From assembly GCA_028820455.1 (NCBI GenBank), contig JAPPJC010000006.1:34682-98681 (forward strand): a DNA stretch of 64,000 bases, in the 5' to 3' direction. This document shows, piece by piece, positions 58,403 to 64,000 of the stretch; the first letter of the stretch is position 1, and each line of letters starts with the position of its first letter. The stretch is from Acidimicrobiaceae bacterium (GTDB taxonomy: Bacteria; Actinomycetota; Acidimicrobiia; Acidimicrobiales; Aldehydirespiratoraceae). The notes under the pieces were generated by a model. The model worked only from the letters and a program-made list of their open reading frames with translations, searched no databases and had not been told where the DNA came from. Made by a program: the position numbers and the translations under genes.

Positions 58403-59035
58403 CTACACGCAGCAGGTATCAGCAAGGGATTCAGCCCGCCATGTGGCGATAGTCTCGTAAGCCGCGGCACCGGCGATGAACAACCCCGCCAGAGGGTCAG
58501 CCCACCACCATCCCAGCAGAGCGTTAGCGGACAACCCCACCAGTAGGACACCCGACAGGAGCACGCATAGGAAGGTCTGTTTCGCCTCAGCCTCCACAGC
58601 TCGCGATCCCATGAGCGGGGCCAACTTCCATTTGGCTCGCGCCAGTAGTGGCATGACCACGAGCGATAGGACAGCTATCACGATCCCTACCAGCGATTCT
58701 TCGGGCTGGTCGGCTATCACCAAATCGCGCACAGACTCCACCGCAACGTAGACGGCCAACAGGGCGAAACTCACGGCAATTAGACGTTGGGCCAGACGGT
58801 CGGCCTCCTGCTTGCAGGCAGTTCGATGCTCCTGAGCTAGTCGCCAGACCAGAATCAGAGCAGCCGACACCTCCATTCCAGAATCCAAGCCGAAGCCGAT
58901 CAGACTCACCGATCCTGCCGCGATGCCCGCCACTATCGCAACCACGCCCTCGACGCTGTTCCAGCCGATAGTGGCGGCTGTCAGCCATCTCTGGCGAGCC
59001 ACAGCTTGGTTCCTCGTTGTGGGCATCTTCCACAT
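58403..59035 (-). CDS. Short cation-diffusion-facilitator-like membrane protein (TMD only)
   Basis: 210 aa with …WNSVEGVVAIVAGIAAGSVSLIGFGLDSGMEVSAA… and six predicted TM segments. There is no cytoplasmic C-terminal domain. Confidence 0.7.
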   Translation of the reverse strand: MWKMPTTRNQAVARQRWLTAATIGWNSVEGVVAIVAGIAAGSVSLIGFGLDSGMEVSAALILVWRLAQEHRTACKQEADRLAQRLIAVSFALLAVYVAVESVRDLVIADQPEESLVGIVIAVLSLVVMPLLARAKWKLAPLMGSRAVEAEAKQTFLCVLLSGVLLVGLSANALLGWWWADPLAGLFIAGAAAYETIATWRAESLADTCCV

Positions 59036-59261
59036 TACCGAACTTTCACCCCTCCTGCCGTGTTCTGTGCACGAACTGTGGCCAGATCGCTGGCGAGTCC
59101 TTCTTTGGAGAAGAAAAACTCACCCCTCCTGGCGTGTTCTGTGCACGAACCATGTCACACTCCACACCAATACTATTGGTAGTTGTATCAAGCTCCGCTC
59201 GGTACGACAATTAACAATGTCAGCATGCCTGAGACTGCATGCGACAAACTAGGATATAGGC

Positions 59262-61601
59262 ATGTATTCCTCACTCGCAAAGTGGTGTTATCGTCACCCA
59301 TGGCATTGTCTTGTGCCTTGGCTTGTCATCCTCATCCTGATAACAGGCATTTCCCGGAACCTCGGGGAAGCCTACAGTGGTGATCTAGCCATAAGCGGAA
59401 CTGAGAGTTACAACGGTGCCGAAGTTCTGAAGGCACATTTCGACGGCGTGGGTGCCGGACCTGGAGGCACCATCGTGTTCCGGGCTGAGCAGGGTGTCGA
59501 CGATCCCGCGGTGCGATCTGCGATGGGTGAACTGTTCGAAAAGGTCGATGCTTTGGAAGATACCACTGTCATTTCGCCTTATACTCCAGTGGTCGGAGCA
59601 CACCGAATTTCCCAGGATGGAACTGACGCCGGACGAATCGCCTACGCGGACGTGAGCCTCCCACCCGGCACCAGCGGCACCGAAGCCCAAGACATGGGCA
59701 GAACTATAGAGGAGCTGATCGAGGAGCTCGAGCTAAGACACGTAGAGGGACTCGACGTCGAGGTCGGTGGAGTCTGGTTTGCTGAATTGAGGCCACCCGA
59801 ATCCGAAGCGATCGGGCTCGCTTTCTCCATATTCGTGCTGATCACGGTGCTGGGATCGGTTGTGGCTATGGGGGCTACAGTGGGAGCGGCTCTGCTGACC
59901 GTTGGTGTAGGCGCGGCTGGGATCGTCTTGTTCAGCAACCTTATGACTGTGCCGGACTTCGCTCCAGCTATCGGCCTTATGATCGGGTTGGGGGTGGGTA
60001 TCGACTATGCACTGTTCATCATCACCCGCTACAGCGACGCCTTGAACCAAGGTCAAGACCGAGAGCAAGCCCTGCAACTATCACTTGATTCCGCAGGCCG
60101 TTCCGTGATCTTCGCAGGAGTGACAGTTGTTGTGTCGTTGTTGGGGATGCTGCTGATCGGGATCCCGTTCGTGACCGGTTTCGGGATCGCAGCTGCTGCC
60201 ACGGTGGCTGTGGTTATGGTCGGTTCAGTCACACTGCTGCCCTCGCTCATTGCCTTGCTCGGTGACCGGATTACCACCACCCGGGTGCGGGGTATGACAG
60301 CCGCAGCCTTCGTGAGTGTAGGCCTGTTCGGCTTCGGTGCCGATATCAAGCCCCTGCTCGGTGCTTTCGGTGTCGCGCTGATCGTGCTCGTGGCAGGACT
60401 TTTCAGAGGGGACAAAAATCCGCTACGACGAGTATTGAAGCCACGTGAAACCCGGCCGTTGCGCGAGACCGGCTGGTATCGGCTCAGTCGGGTAGTACAA
60501 GCCCGCCCCTGGACTTTTGCCATGGGCGGCACTATACTGCTGCTCCTCTTAGCAATACCCGTAACAGTACTGCGTTTCGGTTTCGCTGATGAGAGCAACT
60601 ACTCGGCTGAGACTACCACCCGCAAGGCCTACGATCTTCTCGTTGAAGGTTTCGGAGTGGGAGCGAACGGCCCCTTGCTGCTCGTGGCCGAGATCTCAGA
60701 GCCTTCTCAGCGACAAGCGGAGCTCAACGGTCTGTCGCAGGCGATTGCCACCACTCCCGGCGTCGAGTTCGCCAGCCCGCCCATACCCAATAACCCCCTG
60801 CAACCAACAGCTGTCGCGATCGAAGTCCGGCCGACCACCGGACCCCAATCCGAAGAAACCGACGCCCTGGTCGAAAATCTACGCAGGGAGGTAATCCCCG
60901 AAGTCACCGCGGGGACCGACCTGAATGTGCTGGTGACAGGCCTGGTAGCCATCAAAGCCGATGTCAGCGACTTTTTGAAAGGACGTACTGCTCTGTTCTT
61001 CGCCGTGGTGCTCGGTGCTTCCTTCCTGCTGCTTATGGTCGTGTTCCGCTCATTGATCGTGCCGCTCAAGGCTGTGATCATGAACATGCTCTCAATCGGC
61101 GCGGCCTACGGGGTGCTGGTGGCCGTGTTCCAGTGGGGCTGGCTCGGTGGCATCGTGGGGGTCGAACCGGGGCCGATCGAGCCGTTCATCCCGATGATGT
61201 TGTTTGCGGTTCTTTTCGGCCTGTCCATGGACTACGAGGTGTTCCTGCTGTCGCGGATGAAAGAAGAGTTCGAACGAACCGGCGACGCAGTGAACTCTGT
61301 CGCCGATGGACTGGCCGCCACCGCACGGGTCATCACAGCCGCTGCGTTGATCATGGTGTTCATCTTTGGGAGTTTCGTCTTTGAAGATCAGCGGGCCATC
61401 AAAATGTTCGGTCTCGGTTTAGCGGCCGCAGTAGCAGCTGATGCCAGCCTCGTGCGTATGCTCATCGTGCCGTCGACTATGGAGTTGCTCGGAGCTCGCA
61501 ACTGGTGGTTGCCGAAATGGCTTGATCGTATCTTGCCGAATGTCAAAATCGAGGGTAGTCTCAATGAGGGCAGTCCTAGCGAAGACACGAAGACAACCTG
61601 A
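59262..61601 (+). CDS. MMPL-family (RND superfamily) transporter
   Basis: 779 aa with two 6-TM bundles, each preceded by a soluble loop. Typical stretches are …GVGIDYALFIITRY… and …FGLSMDYEVFLLSRMKEE…. Confidence 0.85.
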   Translation: MYSSLAKWCYRHPWHCLVPWLVILILITGISRNLGEAYSGDLAISGTESYNGAEVLKAHFDGVGAGPGGTIVFRAEQGVDDPAVRSAMGELFEKVDALEDTTVISPYTPVVGAHRISQDGTDAGRIAYADVSLPPGTSGTEAQDMGRTIEELIEELELRHVEGLDVEVGGVWFAELRPPESEAIGLAFSIFVLITVLGSVVAMGATVGAALLTVGVGAAGIVLFSNLMTVPDFAPAIGLMIGLGVGIDYALFIITRYSDALNQGQDREQALQLSLDSAGRSVIFAGVTVVVSLLGMLLIGIPFVTGFGIAAAATVAVVMVGSVTLLPSLIALLGDRITTTRVRGMTAAAFVSVGLFGFGADIKPLLGAFGVALIVLVAGLFRGDKNPLRRVLKPRETRPLRETGWYRLSRVVQARPWTFAMGGTILLLLLAIPVTVLRFGFADESNYSAETTTRKAYDLLVEGFGVGANGPLLLVAEISEPSQRQAELNGLSQAIATTPGVEFASPPIPNNPLQPTAVAIEVRPTTGPQSEETDALVENLRREVIPEVTAGTDLNVLVTGLVAIKADVSDFLKGRTALFFAVVLGASFLLLMVVFRSLIVPLKAVIMNMLSIGAAYGVLVAVFQWGWLGGIVGVEPGPIEPFIPMMLFAVLFGLSMDYEVFLLSRMKEEFERTGDAVNSVADGLAATARVITAAALIMVFIFGSFVFEDQRAIKMFGLGLAAAVAADASLVRMLIVPSTMELLGARNWWLPKWLDRILPNVKIEGSLNEGSPSEDTKTT

Positions 61602-62149
61602 TCAAATCTCGGTCGCGCTGGAACACTGGATCCTCCTCATGTGTCGGCACCCCGGGTCTATGACTCCAGTGGTTCGGCAGCCAAAGTCTTGAGATGGGCT
61701 ATGAACTCCCCATCGCTGTCAAAGATCAAACCAGTGCTCTTTTCTTAGGCCATATAAGCAAGTTTATGATTTGTGGAGCTGGTTATGATGTTCGTGGTGT
61801 ATAGATATCTTCTATTATATTATATGTGATTCTATAATCATATGTGGTTCAAATTGCAACAACACGCCTGCTAGAATCCCAAGCTCATGAGGGACACGCG
61901 CGATTGGTCTTCCAATTTCTCGAACGAACCACACAGCCGAAAGTGAGAGAGAAGGAAGTCTCCGGACGATCTGTAAGAGAACAAGGGCATATCGGCATGA
62001 TCTGTTGTAGCTCGGCGGACAAGCGGTTAGGATCCTATGGGTTTTTACCGCCTGTGGGCACTCACCACACTGTAAGTACCCACCACCATAGGCACTTCAC
62101 CACCTGTGAAATGCCAGTACATAGGACTTAGGAGATACAGAGCAAACAC

Positions 62150-64000
62150 ATGAGATTCATAACCAAAGCGGCGGTCCGTAATCGAACGGTAACGGTCCTC
62201 GCCATAATCATCTTGCTGACAACAGGGGTAACGGCTTACCGTTCGTTGCGTGTCGAGCTTTTCCCTGAACTCGAGTTTCCTCTCGTAACCATAACAACGT
62301 CGTATCCGTCTGCCAATCCTGATGCCGTCGTTCGTGACGTCGCCGTTCCGATAGAGCGGGCGATTTCGGGGACGCCCGGACTGGAGTCCGTCCAATCGAC
62401 GACCTTCGAGGGCAATTCTTTGGTGTTGGCCACCTTCAAGTATGGAACGGACATGGCCGAAGCGGAGAATCAAATCACTGCTGCGGTGAGCAATGTGTCG
62501 TTCATCACCGGTGTTGAGGAGTCCACGGTCGAGCGTTTCAACCCCGACCAGTTTCCCGTTATCCAGTTCAGCGTTATCTCGGATCTGGAGACCACCGATC
62601 TACAGGAAATCGTCCAGTCACGTTTTCTGCCCGCGATTGCTGACATAGAAGGTATTCAGAAGATTCAGGTCACCGGGGAAATCGATCAAAGGGTCCAGAT
62701 CACAGTCGACGCCGACAAGCTGGCGGCGAACGGCATTCCGTTGTCCCGAATATCGTCTGCTCTAAGGGACAACAACGTTAGTTTGCCTGCCGGTGCCATC
62801 TTTGAAGACGGGCAAGTCGTTCTTGCCAAAACGACACATACATTCGATTCCATCGACGATCTCAAAGGTCTCGCTTTAGGGATGTCGCCGGAGGCAAGCC
62901 CGATCTTTCTCGGTGACGTGGCAGACGTGAACCTTGGAACAGCAGCTCCGAAGAGCATTTCCCGCACGAACGGCAAGCCGAGTGTAAGCATATCCATCAT
63001 CAAGGGGGCCGACGCGAACACAATCGACGTTACGACCGCCGTGCGTGAAGCGGTGGAAGGACTGACAGAACTTCCGCCGGACGTGGAGATCGTCACCATA
63101 TCCGATCAGGGGCCGGAGATCCAACACCAGATCGACACCCTCGTCCAGGAAGCGATGTACGGATTTTTGTTCGCGGTTACCGTTGTCTTCGCGTTCATGC
63201 TGACGTTTCGGCCGACGATTCTACGAGGACTGTTCAACACCGTTCGCCCGACTATCGTTGTAGCACTGTCTATACCTCTCAGTGTCTTCACAGGCGTGTT
63301 GCTGATCGCATGGCAGGACATGTCGCTGAACTTCATGACGTTGGGCGGCCTTGCGATCTCCGTTGGGCGGGTTGTCGATGACGCGATTGTGGTACTGGAA
63401 AACGTCTATCGTCATATCCAAGCAGGACGCGAGAGATGGAAAGCCGCGCTGGAAGCCACAGCCGAGGTCGGCCCCGCGATCTTCGCCGCGACAATGACGA
63501 GCATCGTCGTGTTCGTTCCTTTGGCGTTCATCCAGGGTGTCGTGGGAGCGTTCTTCGCTCCTTTCGCACTCACGGTGACCTTCGCCTTGATTGCGTCGCT
63601 GTTCATCGCTCTCACAGCCGTTCCTGTGCTGGGTGCTTATCTCCTACGCCCCGGTGATCTGCCTGAAACAGCGGGAGAAGGAGAAGAAGCAGCGGGAGAA
63701 GGAAGCGACGTTTTCGTTCAAGAGACATGGATGCAACGCTTGTACACACCGACCATCAAATGGGCACTCCAGCACAAGACTATTACCCTTGTGGCCGCTT
63801 TCGCGTTGACCGTCGGCAGCATGGGGTTGACATACTTCATCCCCGTCACGCTGTTCCCCGGTGGAGATGACCGCTTCGTGCAGATCGAGCTCTCCTTACC
63901 GCCCGGCACTCCACCAGACCGGACTCTGACCGAAGTGATCGAAATCGAGAATCGGGTGAGTGAAGTCTCCGAGGTGTACAGTGCTACCATCGGAGCAACC
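62150..64000 (+). CDS. RND efflux permease (AcrB/HAE-type), 3'-truncated by the window end
   Basis: This ORF is not in the ORF track because it is open-ended. ATG 62150 is preceded by AGGAGA (62130-62135). The translation runs MRFITKAAVRNRTVTVLAIIILLTTGVTAYRSLRVELFPELEFPLVTITTSYPSANP…GRVVDDAIVVLENVYRHI…AIFAATMTSIVVFVPLAF… with no stop to 64000 (617 codons). Confidence 0.9.
   Translation, partial: MRFITKAAVRNRTVTVLAIIILLTTGVTAYRSLRVELFPELEFPLVTITTSYPSANPDAVVRDVAVPIERAISGTPGLESVQSTTFEGNSLVLATFKYGTDMAEAENQITAAVSNVSFITGVEESTVERFNPDQFPVIQFSVISDLETTDLQEIVQSRFLPAIADIEGIQKIQVTGEIDQRVQITVDADKLAANGIPLSRISSALRDNNVSLPAGAIFEDGQVVLAKTTHTFDSIDDLKGLALGMSPEASPIFLGDVADVNLGTAAPKSISRTNGKPSVSISIIKGADANTIDVTTAVREAVEGLTELPPDVEIVTISDQGPEIQHQIDTLVQEAMYGFLFAVTVVFAFMLTFRPTILRGLFNTVRPTIVVALSIPLSVFTGVLLIAWQDMSLNFMTLGGLAISVGRVVDDAIVVLENVYRHIQAGRERWKAALEATAEVGPAIFAATMTSIVVFVPLAFIQGVVGAFFAPFALTVTFALIASLFIALTAVPVLGAYLLRPGDLPETAGEGEEAAGEGSDVFVQETWMQRLYTPTIKWALQHKTITLVAAFALTVGSMGLTYFIPVTLFPGGDDRFVQIELSLPPGTPPDRTLTEVIEIENRVSEVSEVYSATIGAT

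Noticed and set aside
61844-62131. 95-aa + strand ORF upstream of the RND gene
   Set aside because: It has a GTG start in an AT-rich promoter-like spacer, a His/Thr-rich odd composition, and no regulator-like HTH motif.

Overview
This is a 64-kb stretch of an actinobacterial-type chromosome. The synteny rpsB-tsf-pyrH-frr-cdsA-dxr-rseP-ispG ... nusA-infB-rbfA-truB-ribF and lpdA-E2-lipB/lipA supports that; an Acidimicrobiia-like lineage is only a low-confidence guess. About 45 protein genes are supportable. By eye I found no rRNA, tRNA, CRISPR array, transposase or integrase. The housekeeping backbone is about 45-47% GC on the few 60-nt rows I hand-counted. It is interrupted by accessory or GC-richer segments. 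(i) 3.1-8.3 kb: a co-oriented cluster of two SagB/nitroreductase-like proteins (one with a PqqD/RRE-like N-domain), a small ORF, a group II PLP decarboxylase and a nucleotidyltransferase, with no YcaO/ThiF partner in the window. (ii) 8.3-12.7 kb: a signal-less PBP1 (LivJ/AmiC-like) fusion protein plus two decayed genes. (iii) 16.8-22.6 kb: a toxin/defence islet. It holds two tandem paralogous RelE/ParE-like two-gene cassettes with a duplicated promoter, and the mutated 5' stump of a DUF499-type ATPase. It also holds an intact operon of a beta-class N4/N6 DNA methyltransferase (with an extra C-terminal domain) and a membrane-anchored coiled-coil protein ending in a Swt1-like HEPN domain. It ends with hipB plus an internally deleted hipA. 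(iv) 55.1-64 kb: ParE/Phd, an orphan lipoprotein SBP, a short CDF, and MMPL and RND transporters. Other oddities are a LipB-LipA fusion ORF, an Lnt with Ser at the catalytic Cys position, and a degenerate LytM/M23 domain carrying an in-frame 72-bp duplication. Core proteins also carry many low-complexity insertions, and two-copy direct repeats spaced 62-74 bp apart recur at gene boundaries. All family assignments come from motif recognition by eye, not from database searches.
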